This document shows, one piece after another, positions 13,623 to 25,816 of a stretch of 64,000 nucleotides of DNA. A program made the translations under genes and the position numbers. How positions within the stretch are numbered: the first letter of the stretch is position 1; the number at the start of each line of letters is the position of its first letter. This DNA is from Gonapodya sp. JEL0774 (lineage: Eukaryota): assembly GCA_027604505.1 (NCBI GenBank), contig JADIIX010000096.1, forward strand, positions 1 through 64,000, given 5' to 3'. Under the pieces are notes generated by a model, which was not told the DNA's origin, did not search any database, and saw only the letters and a list, made by a program, of their open reading frames with translations.

Positions 13623-15598
13623 CTAGAAAGTAACAATGTAGTTGTTTATCTGAACACGAAACACACCACACGAGCCAAGACCATGGTCAATGAAGTGAAG
13701 AAACCGACAACTATCACGAAACTGAGAATCTACCAACCCTATCCTTCTGTTGCTGTTGAATACACTCCGAGATCCAGACAATGTTGCGAATTTCTTGCTC
13801 CTTGAGCTTGAAGTAGGAGTAGAAAACTCCAAAATGAAACTGGTCCATGAATGAGTCCCGGTTGAGGAAAGCCTCGCGCTGAAGTGAAATGCCGGACAAG
13901 AAACGTCAATTGTAAAAGGTGTGCAATCGCACGTACATCCACACGAACCTCAAAGAACTTGTCTTCAAGTGAACGTTCTGCCGCAATCGAAGGATCCATG
14001 AAGTTACGATAGTCCTTTATCCAACCCAACGACGCTCAGAAACACAGACACTCCACTTTTCAAAAAGATTAACCTACATGGTACTGCTCCAAAACAGCCT
14101 TAACAGCGTCTCGGTCGTCTGCGCGGCCCAGTTTGGCCAAACCCTCCGGATAAAGTTTGCCAGTTTTGGGGAACAACTTGATACGATCGTCCTTCGAAAG
14201 CTCGGTGTCCAGCGAGTTAATGGTAATGTTGATAGCACGACGGTCGGCTTCGAACTTTCGTACGACGAGAATTCACATCGCCGGTCGGTTACAGCGACCA
14301 GAGCGGAAATGAGAGTCTCAGAAAAGTATGCGTTTGCCAGTGTAATCCCAACAGCTTACGCACCTGCAAAATCTCGCCCATGACACGTCCTGTGGTTCCA
14401 CCAATCGCTTGGCAGTAATTGTAGAAATCCTCCAAATACGCACGGTAGAGGGTATTGCGGATGATTTCGATGTTCATTTCGTCCAAGTCCTGGGCGCTCA
14501 AGCACTCTCGGAAGTAGGGGGCTGTTGAACAGAATGGAGAGCAGATGTATGACAACGCGTTGAAGCAAAAAGAGTGGATGTCAACAGAAAATCTGTATCG
14601 AAAGTCAACCATCCTCCAAAATGACTCACCAAGAGGTGTCTCCACGATGGCTGTGTTGTATAGCTCCCCCACGTTGGTTGCTACAGTGAGCGCCGGCATC
14701 GAGTCGAACCATCCAAGTGGGTGGCATCGCTCCAAGAGCTCATGAGAGTCTCGCTCGTGGAGAGTACCAGTAATCAGTAAGACGATATTGTCGATCATGT
14801 AGCCGTACCTGAGATGTTATGGATGAACACGAGTGCAGTGGGTACGGACGTCATTGGTGAGAGAAAACACCGCATCACTTCCTGTTGATCACAAACTTAC
14901 GTCATGTACTCCAAAAACTTGGAGAGAGGTTTGACCGCGTGGGCTCGCACATAGTCGAATTCGGCAACCAACTTCTCCAAGGCCCGGTCGGCAATCACGG
15001 TGGTGGTGAGCGGAGAGGGCTCGTTTGCGAGAAAGTTGCCGTAGTCAGTGGAAGAGAGCTGGAGCTTCAGGTCTAGCGAAAAAAAAGGGCACAGTTCGAG
15101 ATGAGGGACGGAGAGGATGTGTCGTCTGACTCATGTGCAACTCCGGTGAGGGACGGAGAGGATTCGCCCCCTGACTCATGGGCATCTCCGGTTCCCCTCG
15201 CGTCGCTCCAACTCCCCGTAGTGCATGATCCACAATAGCTTTGGCCGGAGCCTACCCAAAACTGATAGCTCCGCAGGTGGTGACGTGGTACGTCATGGTT
15301 ATCCTTTTGCCCTATGCCAGTTTACGTATCCGCATACATCCTCCAACCAGCATCCTGAGCAGCAGAAACTCCAGATTTCAAAATTTCGTTGCAAAATTTG
15401 GATTCATGGAGACCGCACTTCCAGCAACATTAACACCATCACAGCAAGCGTGTGCCCCATAAGCGCACCTTCCAAGGTCTCGCATTGAGCCAGGTTGAGG
15501 TACTGGCTTTGAGAAATCAGGCCACTCTTGTATCCGCGAACAAGGCCCTCCAGGTACCCGGCGTCAAGATTGAAGTATGCGACCTCGGCGGAAGGCAT
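13623..15598 (-). CDS. VMA6: V-type ATPase V0 subunit d
   Basis: [84 protein letters not shown]. Confidence 0.96.
15102..15192. repeat. Two-copy imperfect tandem repeat (~45 bp) in VMA6 intron 1
   Basis: TGAGGGACGGAGAGGAT...CTGACTCATG.GCA.CTCCGGT occurs twice head-to-tail. Confidence 0.85.
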
Positions 15599-16286
15599 GG
15601 TCCTCGAGGTAGAACGCGAGTAATGTTGCTGAGGTTGGGCCAAGGAGAGGGTATGTGAGTACCAGAATTACCTTCACATGCATTACAGCATGAAGAAGGT
15701 TTGGGGCAACGAGTTCTGACTCTTGCGGCTTCAGACCGGATGCAAGTTCTTCTGCAACCACCAGAAAGAAGCCACCAATTACGAGAACACTACACTATTC
15801 CATTCACTTTCCTTGCCGATTAATTTTGCCTCGAGCTCCCGTCTTCTCCCCCCGGCTCAGCCCCGTCACGTTCACCCGCGCTCGAGATTCTCCATGTCCG
15901 CATGAGGCTCGTCAAAAGTCTTGAGCTCGTCAGATATGTCCTCGCACATCGCTATGAATGCCACGATTCAAATGTACATTTGCGTCGCCCGGTTTCGTCC
16001 CAATGGGAGTCACTCCTGACCGTCTTGTGTGTAGGACATATTCTGTTCCAGTGACGAGAACCACCAGAAGTATCGCACCTGATATCACAATCAAGAATAT
16101 TAATGAGGAAGGAGTTTGGACGAAACGCCAAGCGCGATGGTTCGTGGGTCGACGGTTCACGAGGGACCGCAAAGAGTTGGCCAGTGCCGGCCGGCTGTCG
16201 TTGCGTAGTGAAAAGGCTCACACAAGACAAACAACCTAAATTCATTTATTCATTCGCACCGTTCCCTCTGCGATTCGGACAAAGAC

Positions 16287-17671
16287 ATGTCTGTTACACT
16301 GACTCTGAATCCCGCTCGAGATACCTTCCTTGCAATCGTCGCTGCAATCGCTGACTCGCAATCTGTGCACGGCAACGAGTCTCTTGTTCTCAAACAAGAC
16401 GACGGACTGACCCAGGTGGGTCTGTCTAAACCAGAGAGACAAGTTGCTTATAGTGACTTTCACAAGGATGTTTGTATTTGGTTGGGGCTTTCGGACATTC
16501 CTGTGATCGATACCTTTTGAACTGCTATGCCGATGCCAGCCGAAATTGTCAGTGCCCACTCGACCACCGGCAACTTTGACTGGAACCATTGCAATTGCAT
16601 CCTACCTCATATTAAATTCTGACAAGAACTCGGTGCCTCGTGGTATCAGTAAGCTGCTTGGAGGAACTCCAGGAGAGAGAGCAGAGATCGAAAGTTGGAT
16701 ATCACATGGTACAACGAAGCTCGTAACTTACATCAAGGACGGCGGAATATCAAAGGATAGGGCATTGCAAGTGAGTTGGATCAGGAACGCCAAGGTCGGA
16801 AGTTCTACAGTTCGACCTGATATGTTAAATTTAGAATCTCGAGAATCATTTGTGCACCCGCACTTTCCTTGTGGGAGGCCGACTCACACTGGCAGACATC
16901 GCTATTTATTGCGCGCTCTTTCCTGTTTCTGTAAGTACTCGCGCTGGAGGGATTATTGTGCTTTTTTCGTGCGGTGCCCTTTAGTCCATCTCTGCTGTTT
17001 CAGTCATCACTCACTCCTTCGGCCAACCCATCACTCGTTCGCATCTTCGACACCGTTCAAAACTGCCTCCGTCGACCTTATAGAACATCTGTAACAGCCC
17101 GGGGAGGGCGACGGGAGCATGAACAACCGCTGTGCTCGAATCCACCGCTTCCGTTCGTACAGGTAGTGGGGAAGGATGCAAACCCTGCCGCTCAGGCACG
17201 CAACGTACAAACTCTGGATGTAAAATTCGCATCAAAACCCTCGGCCCAAGCGAAGGAGAAGATTGCGGAGAAAGAGAAAACATCTGTGAAGGAGCGAAAG
17301 GTGGACCAACTTAAGGTGGAGAAGCCGACGGGTGAGAGAGTTAAAACTTGAAGTACGTTTCCCCCGTTCTTTTTTTTGTCTCATTTGTTTCATTTCCCTC
17401 AACTCTTTGGTATCTAGGATCTCAAAATGCCACTGAGCCGGTTGAAAAATCATCTGGTGACCAACTTCCTTCACCCATGCAAACAACGAAGCAACTGCTT
17501 ACCCCCTCACCGCTCAAAGTTTCGCGAGACTTGACACCTCAAAAATCCAGTCCTGACTTACCATCACCTCGCACTCCTTCAAGTGCAACATTCGTCCGCA
17601 ACGTTTCGTGGGCAGGTTCGGCTGCTGTAGCTGCTGTAGCTCTCGCAACGCTGTTCTTTGTGAAAAGTTGA
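16287..17671 (+). CDS. Arc1p/AIMP-type GST-like domain protein with a C-terminal hydrophobic tail anchor
   Basis: LLGGTPGERAEIESW...NLENHLCTRTFLVGGRLTLADIAIYCAL...PSLVRIFDTVQN (GST-C helical domain), then a Lys/Glu-rich and Ser/Pro-rich linker, ending WAGSAAVAAVALATLFFVKS*. Confidence 0.75.
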
Positions 17672-17792
17672 ACTTCTGAATATAAGTGTCAATTAATTCG
17701 GGTGATCGGGTTTTCAAGGGGCGAGGAGCATGAAGACTGGGGAGCCTGACTTTTCTCTTACAGCAGCGGAACTCATTTATTTCCCACAGAAT

Positions 17793-20700
17793 ATGGCGGG
17801 AACGTTATCCTTCGATCCAACGCGAGACACCGTCGTTAGCATAGTGGCAAAACTTCTAGACATCGGCAAGGATGGCTGGTCCGGTTCCCTCAATCACATT
17901 CGAGGCGAGGACGTGAGCTAAGCCGCGGATTACAAGAACTCAGAAGCAGAAAATATTAATCCTTGCCATTATGACGTATTTCGACTATCGCAATGACATG
18001 AAGCAGCCTACTTTGCTCGTCTCCAATCATGCAGTCTCTGGGCAATGGCCCATCGCCGTGGCACTCCTCTCCTCCTCATCCTATGCCCTACTACTGGGGA
18101 ACACTCCCGGAGATAAAGCCGAAGTTGAAAGCTGGACACGATACGCTTTGGGGAAATTGAATGCGGTGGTGACTGTTGGAGGGCCAGAGCTGGAAACCGT
18201 ACTGAAGGTTCGCCAGAACCTGGAGGAGTGCACTACTCACCTGCGCAGTTCTTGACGTGGTCGACACGATTGTCAGGCGATCAACGCGCACCTCTTTCGT
18301 CAGTATACGGTCTCAGAAAGCATAACCCTGGCGGACATCGCACTATATGCGACGCTAAACCGAATATCCGTGAGTTTGAATCACAATTCGATTTGAATAT
18401 AACTGGATAATTGGGCACCATTTTTATTGCAGACATCTCTACCTTCGTATTTATCCTCAATTATTCGACTAATAGGCGCGGTCGATTATTTTCTAAATCA
18501 TCCCAAACCGCCTGTTCCTACAAAACGAAAATTGGACAAATCGCACGTGCTATTCATTGACCCCAAACTTGACCCCTTCATATTTTTAATAGCGAGCTTC
18601 ACAGACTTAGAACAGAATGGCTTCTTGGAGGTTCGGACGGTTGAGGGCAAAGCAGTAAGTTTGGCCAAAGCGTTTTCTACGGTCCGAGACAACGAGGATC
18701 ACCGCAACTGATCATCCGATTAGGCGGAACTGGCTCTCGACACGGAGCCTCCATCATCTCTTTCTGGTCCGATTTCCATCGCAACCTTCCTCCTTACTTT
18801 CGGCGAGAGCCTGTCCACGAAGACTCTCGCCGAACTCCTGGCTCTCAAACCCTTGGAACGGGCCGAGGTCGAAACATGGACAACTTATGCGCTGAATAAA
18901 TTGACTGGATCTGTAAGGGAAGGGGGAGAAACCCTGCAGCGAGAGCTGGAGGTGAATATATGTCGCCAATTTTGGTCACATCGACTGTTCACCTGACTGG
19001 GTTGATTAGCGTCTCGATAATCACATCACGTCGAGACAATTCCTCGTTTCTAATCGGATCACTGTCGCAGATATTGCTCTGTACACTTCACTGTCTCCGA
19101 TTGCAGTGAGTTTGACTATTCTAAATCAATGGTTTCCATGTTGAGCTCGAGCACATTTTTCCTGATTTTTTTTTTTTTCATTAGACTACCTTGTCATCAT
19201 CTACTACCCCTTCGATAGTTCGACTTTTTGATTCTGTTCAACATCGCCTTCATCTTCCTATAGAAAGAGTATTCCGGGAACGTGGTGCAAACCAAGTGGC
19301 TAGGAGACGTGCACTGGCGGGAGTTTCGCCACCTCCTCTTGTGGATCTTGACGAGTTGCGTACAGCCACCCCAGTCATCTCCAGCCAAATCGGGAATAGC
19401 CATCCACAACCAGCTCTACATGATAAGAAAGCCAAGTCTTCGCGTCCTAAGGAAGGATTAAAGAAAGATAAGAAAACTGACCTAAATTCGGACTCCAAAT
19501 CAGGAGATTCCGCGTCTCCCACGACAACGGTCGTTTCGGACCACAGGAGTGTACAGGCAACATTATGTTTGGATCGATCTCTTGAAACGTTCCTTTCCGT
19601 GATTTGCGATATAACGGGAGTTGGAGCGCCAAGCTGCGGTGTCGAGAAATGTGTAGTAATTGAGAAGAGAACTCCAGGGGCTCGCGTAAGTCCTTTAAGG
19701 AATGGCCGCGTTGACACACTGGATCAAATATCTGAACGCAAATTATTACTAGGGTACTCTCACCTTGTCGACGAATCCAGTCACCACCATTACCGATCGT
19801 GTTGCCATTTCCTCTTTCCTCCTTGCCAACAACGGAAATGGATCTCAAACTGCACGGAGACTACTCGGTAAAACGAATTTGGAGAAGTCAGAGATCGAAA
19901 GCTGGTCTCGGTACGCACTGGGGAAGCTGGGTGATGCAATGGTAGAGGGTGTTGAGACCAGAAACATGGCACTGAAGGTGGGGGGATCCAGAATCAAGGT
20001 TCAGGGTGAATCACATCAAACTCTCGATATTCCAACAGCATCTTGACAATTTCCTTTCCACGCGAGCTTTCATGGTTTCCAATCACCTTACACTAGCCGA
20101 TGTCTCAATTTACTCCACTCTGTATCCATTCGTGGTTGGTGTCTTTGTTGTTCTATACTCATAGTACGCAAAAAAACTAAATGAGCAACTTCTCGCAGGG
20201 CTGTCTTTCCAGCTTGATGTTTCCGTCAGTCCTCCGCCTCTTCGACACAGTTCAGCACCAAATTCGACAAGCAGCAATTCGCAACTTCGCGGAGAACGGC
20301 GCTGTTGAAACTGTTGCCTTCAGTGTTTTCCTTCCCATTGTTAACTTTGAGTCACCCGTTCGAGTCGCCGGAATTGATTCGAGGAGTGCAGTTGTCGAAC
20401 CCTCGCGCGAAAAGCCAGACGAGAGCCGCGCAGTGACGGGGGAGACGAAGACAAAGGGCAAGATCTCAAAAACAGATGCCACATCCGCAATCAAAAGAAA
20501 TTCGACTGTATCGCCCCAAAACGTGAATGTGCCAACTATAAATCATGTGGATGAGGTCGTTGCGGTTCCGGTCCCAGCAGTTGTGTCAGTACCTATTGAA
20601 TCTAACACCGAATCCACTGGACGCCAGCTCACTCAATTGCAAGCAGTACTACCAACACCCACTAAGGATGTCGGAGAAGTGTCTACCAAGGCCGTTTCGA

Positions 20701-21773
20701 CAGTTGACGAACAGATGACAACTGACAGTATAGTCAGTGCGATCATAGAGGATCCTGATATCAAAAAGAACTTATATGAGCGAAAACTGATGACTAAAGC
20801 GCCCGAACAGGGCACGGCGAATGGTTTCCGGCCGGATACAGCGGGCGACAAAGCGGAGGCTTCCTCAACTGACCTTTACTTGAGAAAACTCGTGAATGGC
20901 GCTCGCGAACTCACCAATGGTCACATACTTCGCGAACCTGTGGAGTTCAGTCTACCGGAGCACGCCGTGATTGAATCAAAGTCTGTCGATGGGATCGCAC
21001 CTGCTGCAGAGGAGCCCAAGGAATCCGTGAAAGCTTTGCATGAGGTCGAAACAACTCGAGAGATTCCGGTCATAGCAAGTAAGTTGGTGATATGAATTAG
21101 TGTTTTGCCGAAGCTTGATACATACAACTGATCCCTCGCTTCACCGGTACTTAGAGAACACCGAGTCACAGTCGCAGAATGACCTTATATCTTCATTTGA
21201 CATCCGCGTCGGAAAGATTCTGTCAGTATCCCGGCATTTTGTGCACGACGATCTGATGGTGATGAGGATCGACGTTGGTGAATCAGCAGGACCCAGGGAA
21301 ATATCGGCGGAAGTGGGTCGCAGCCTGGATGAGAGGAAGATTGTGGGGACGAGCGGTCGCTGTGCTGTTGTCTGCAATGTCATCATTGTCAGGTATATAC
21401 ATTTCGCGAGTGCCTTCCGTAAATCTAAGTTTGAACATCGTTCAACCACAGCCACGAAGAAATTGTGTCGCAAGGCGCCCTGTTGGTGGCAACGTCGCCC
21501 ATTTCACGACAGCAAGCACGACCCATATTCTCGTTGGTGAGGCCACCGCCAGCAGCTCCTGGAACCCCCGTGTGGCCGAGAGCTTCGCCCCCCCGCGGGC
21601 CCCCTTACACCACGGTCAATCCAACTGAATGGGTGACTGCTCAGTCCGACTTTGTGGTTCGTCATGATAAAGTTGTCTGCAGGAGAGATTCTTCCGGCAC
21701 TCTGAGGGAACTGGTCAGCAAGGGGGGAAATTTGGTGGTCACCGACGCACGTTGTGTTAACGGAACCCTGTAG
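17793..21773 (+). CDS. Protein with three tandem GST-like domains and a C-terminal degenerate tRNA-binding OB (Arc1p/EMAPII-like) domain
   Basis: Three repeats of LL.....e.aEvEsW..YAL.KL / L.NH...R.FlVs..iTlADia.Y..L / P...RLFD.VQH, a long acidic linker, then FDIRVGKILSVSRH...IDVGESAGPREI...AVVCNV...SQGALLVAT...LVRPP...PGTPV. Confidence 0.75.
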
Positions 21774-21940
21774 ATTATTTTGTAGTATCTTTGTTCGACC
21801 GTCACGTACGTAATTATTTGTTTTGCAATTACATCACAGGTGATGAGGAAACATTGGGCGGTGACGTCACCACTTGCACAACCTTGCTGAATGCACAAAC
21901 ACCACAAAACCAGATTCTTCTTTGGGTCATCTGAAATATC

Positions 21941-22483
21941 ATGGACCCGTTTATCGCCCCAAAACTTTCCAACGCCCCTCCCGTGGCAAACGAGTCGCTG
22001 AGTCCATCCGTCTCAATTCGCTCCGGCGCATATGAGCATCTTCCCTGTGCTGCACCTGAAGAATCCCACATATCTCACGCTTCTCTAGAGGCACAACATG
22101 CCATGCGTGCCGCCGGTGCCGCCGCGGAAGCAGGTCACGCGGCGGGTGGGGCAGTAATGGAGGTGGGAGTGGCTGCCTACGAGGGGGGCAAAAAGGGGTG
22201 TTGAGATTGCGGGAAAGGCGGTGTCGGAAACGGTTGGTGGACCATGCCAGGGCATGCTTCGAATCATTGTCGTACTGACGAACAATTAATTTGGAAGTTG
22301 GCACCAATCGCCACGACATTGCAATCTAGCATCTCTTCAACTCTTAAACGAGCAGCCGAAGCTGTGGATGCTATTGACACTGGCAAGGAGTCATCACCGC
22401 TGATGGAAATAGATGAAAAAGCGAGCGGGAAGGGCAAGGAACCCGAGAGGAGGGACGAAATGGGACCAGATGTTTCAGTTTGA
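21941..22483 (+). CDS. Small hypothetical Ala-rich protein (probably two exons)
   Basis: ATG ORF 21941-22204 and a second ORF ending at 22483 can be linked by a GT...AG intron; no recognisable family. Confidence 0.4.
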
Positions 22484-22661
22484 TACAAAAGTGGTATTCC
22501 CAAGCAGAAACGGGGGCATTCTCGTACAGAGAGTCGGAGCGGACAGTACTTTGATTTTGGTATCTGCAATAGTCTACACAAGTCTGGAATATGAAAAAGA
22601 TTTTTGAGTCTCCATGTGGCGACTGTCCACGCAAAGAATTCATCGAAGCAATTGATCTTCA

Positions 22662-25254
22662 TCATACCCGTCGCCTCAGTTGCACCGGACTTCCAGATAT
22701 CCTTCTCACTCTAACTTTCTGTCCATCTTCCTCTTTGTCCTTTCCCTGTTGTCCTGGGGGCACCGCATCCCACCAACCTCCACCCACGTAATTGCCCACG
22801 TATCCTGCAATCCACCTACCCCACTCGACCCGCTTACTTTGCCTCTTGCGTCGCACTTCCCCTCGCGGTCCTTGCTCCACCTCCACTGCAGTACCTCCCC
22901 ACTCCACCCGATACAATCTCCCTCGCCAATCCACAACGCTACCTGATACCGCGGCAATATACAAAGGTAGCGAGCTGGCTTCCCTCAAAAGCCATGCGAC
23001 CGTGAACAGCGGGAAAGATATTGGGGGACCAGATGCGGAGGGTGGAGATCTTCCCGCAATGTACAACGGTAGCCACTTCACCAATCCTCCTTCACCTGCG
23101 TGTCGGAACGACTGATACACCAGCCAATCGCACACGAACCATGCCACGGTATGAGCCAGCAAGAAGCATCTGGCCACAAGCCACGAGCCACCAGTCGCAA
23201 CAAGCACACAGTAAGCAGCGAGCACGCCGAGGGGCATGCATTCAGTCAAGGGCTCTATTGCCGTTGCGGCGGGTTCAGTGTACTTGCGGACTCGCGCCCA
23301 CCGTGCCCGGCGGCTCACGTACTGTCGTAATGTCATGCTGCGGACGCTCTGCAGCGCCAAGTCAGGGGCAATCGCATGGCGGACTCCCTTGTCCCATATT
23401 CTCCTCGCAGCGGCATTGTCCTCTGCCAAGTTCCCCGCAAACTCACGGACACCAGCCCCATCCGTCTCTGTTTCGAGATCCTCGCGCCAATACGCGTGGG
23501 ATTTGCCGCACACACAAGATCCAATGCGAATGTGGTTGATAAGAGTGTAGAATTTGGCATGCGCCGTAGAAAGCCAGACGGTCTCGAGAAGGGAGCCAAG
23601 ATCACGGCCCGGGTGGCTCGGAACCGGGAGGTGGTGGACAAGGCCGATGCGGTTTGGGGGGTCAGTATAAGGCGAATCGATGAGGGGGGAGAGACGAGAA
23701 GGTGGTGAAGTGAAGAAGGGATGGGGTGAGGACCCGCGAAGTGGCGGTGTGGGTGAGGCCGCGGAGGTGGAAGAAGTTGAGGAAGGGGAGACCATATCGG
23801 AATTGGAAGAAGCCAGGGGGGTATCTATGATATGAGACGCGCCCGCCTTCAAAAAATTGTCAACCGCTCTTGCGAGGGTGTTGCTGCTTGCGAAATGCAC
23901 GTTGGAGTCCAGAATCCACAATATAGGGTGTTTTGCAGTGCGGTAGGGGATGGAGAGGTTACAGACCTTAGGATTGGCACCGAGGGGTTCGTCGCCTGGA
24001 GGAGGTGGGGTTTCGGCGGTTTGTCCCATTAGTAACGTTGTTTCAATGAGGCAAAACATGCTGGGTATGGATCTGTGAACGTCTCCAAACCTTAGCAATT
24101 GAGATTCCTAGCTGAATGTGGCTCCTATTCGGATCCAATTCCCAAGACCACATTCCTGTACTGGCTACGTCAGTGTCCCAGACCACATCTCCATTCTCCA
24201 GTGCGCCTCTGACAAGGTACCACTGACATAACTCCGCGTTGAACTTCATTTTCGCATGATACACACAAGTTGCCCTTGCATCACGACACTACCGGTCATT
24301 TGAACCCCTGTGCCCAACTGACAACCCCACCGTCTGGTCAACCAAATAATCAGCTCACCCACCTATGATCAATCTCGCATCCACATCCGGGTACGCTTTC
24401 ATAAGTTTTTGAATAACAGGAATGACAGGGTCATCCTGTCAAGAGATTTGAGGAGGTACAACAGAGTATGTGAGGGGCCGGGGAAGAGAGAATCAGTTTC
24501 GGCCACACCGAGCCCATTCGACCACACAGTGAACAAAAAATAACTTCAGGGGCACAGTATCCCCACCATCTTCCCCTGAAACCACCTCCCTTGCAACTCG
24601 GTCCTAGCTCGCTGACTTTCGTAGAAGATCTCGCGGACAACTCACCTCATCTGCGACACTAAATGCAACTTCAAATTTGTTCCTAGGGTACTCCTGCTTC
24701 ATGCACGTGGCCAAGTGCAAAAACATCTCCTCGGGATCGTCCCCTTCCACTCCTTTAAGCGGACGGAGGATTGAGACGCCTGGCAAATCCGACGACGAAA
24801 TTATGCTGGTGCAAATGGGTTTGGGAGGATTGGCGTAGCGGTAGTCGCTGTGATATCAATGGTTGGTTTCGCGGTATTCACGTTGGTGAGCAGTCCGAGA
24901 GGACGCCGAACAGGCGAAAACGAAGCCAACGGAAACACAGGAAACAGGAATAGAAAAATAATCAGTAGTGGAGTCATCCATGCCGCTTCGCGGTTTAATC
25001 CAACGGATTGGCGCCACTCACATGATGGCAAGCGCGAGGAAATTGGCTCCAAACATAACGAAAGCCCAGAACACGATGACTAATCCGATGAGACCCCACG
25101 TAACCCATGAGAGTGAGGCATTACCATCGAATGCTGGCCCGGTTACCGAATGATGCAATGCGTTCAAAGCATGCAGTTGTTCTTCAAGACGCTCAAGCCG
25201 CTCAAGGCCCGCCGATCGTACGGCCGTTGCAAGTGCGGCGAGGGTTGCCGTCAT
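22662..25254 (-). CDS. Ceramide glucosyltransferase (glucosylceramide synthase, GT21)
   Basis: N-terminal TM helix; PGVSILRPLKG; FSVADE-DDP; GANPKVCNL; LWILDSNV; CVCGKS; LAEDN; RRARWARVRKY; EPLTEC; WLLRE; VDWRGRLY. Confidence 0.92.
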
Positions 25255-25816
25255 AGCGGTAGACCGAACTGCGATCGAAAGGTACCACGTGCGATGAGTG
25301 CTGGGGTCTGTGGAGTTGCTTTGTGGGCTCACACTATTTGCCAGTCAGCGCACTCAGACTCAGTCAATATATGTTCGTATGTACAAGATTCAGAATGGAA
25401 GTAGAATTTACCGCTCTCAAAAGGAAAAGTTCGTCGTGGTTTAATACAGCTCTTGTCTCCACCAGTCTGCTGACGATATGTATGTTTTGGCAGCTTCAGT
25501 CTCCAACTCGTAAGTCATCACGCTTTGAGTGCTCCCCGTCAAAATTTCCATGTTTGAGGTCACCAAAAGGTTTGAAAAGTTTGAGAGTACATAGATGAGA
25601 GGAGGACTGTTGAGGGTACGCAGATTTGGATTGCACCCCCCACACGGCGAAACGCGAACCAGCTTTACATAATTCATTCACTCCCCTGGTTGAATCCCCC
25701 GCTGGTCAAGTAGTCCATATTCTTGGGACCAATCGCTTCTCCATCCTCCATAAGTCTTTCCCCCCGTCCATCTGTGTCTGCAGCCCTTACCCCGGTCCTA
25801 CCACGTTCTGCACATC

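Noticed and set aside
15958..16239. 93-aa ATG ORF upstream of the GST-like gene
   Set aside because: No recognisable motif and it contains splice-like signals; more likely 5'-UTR/promoter sequence, though a uORF cannot be excluded.
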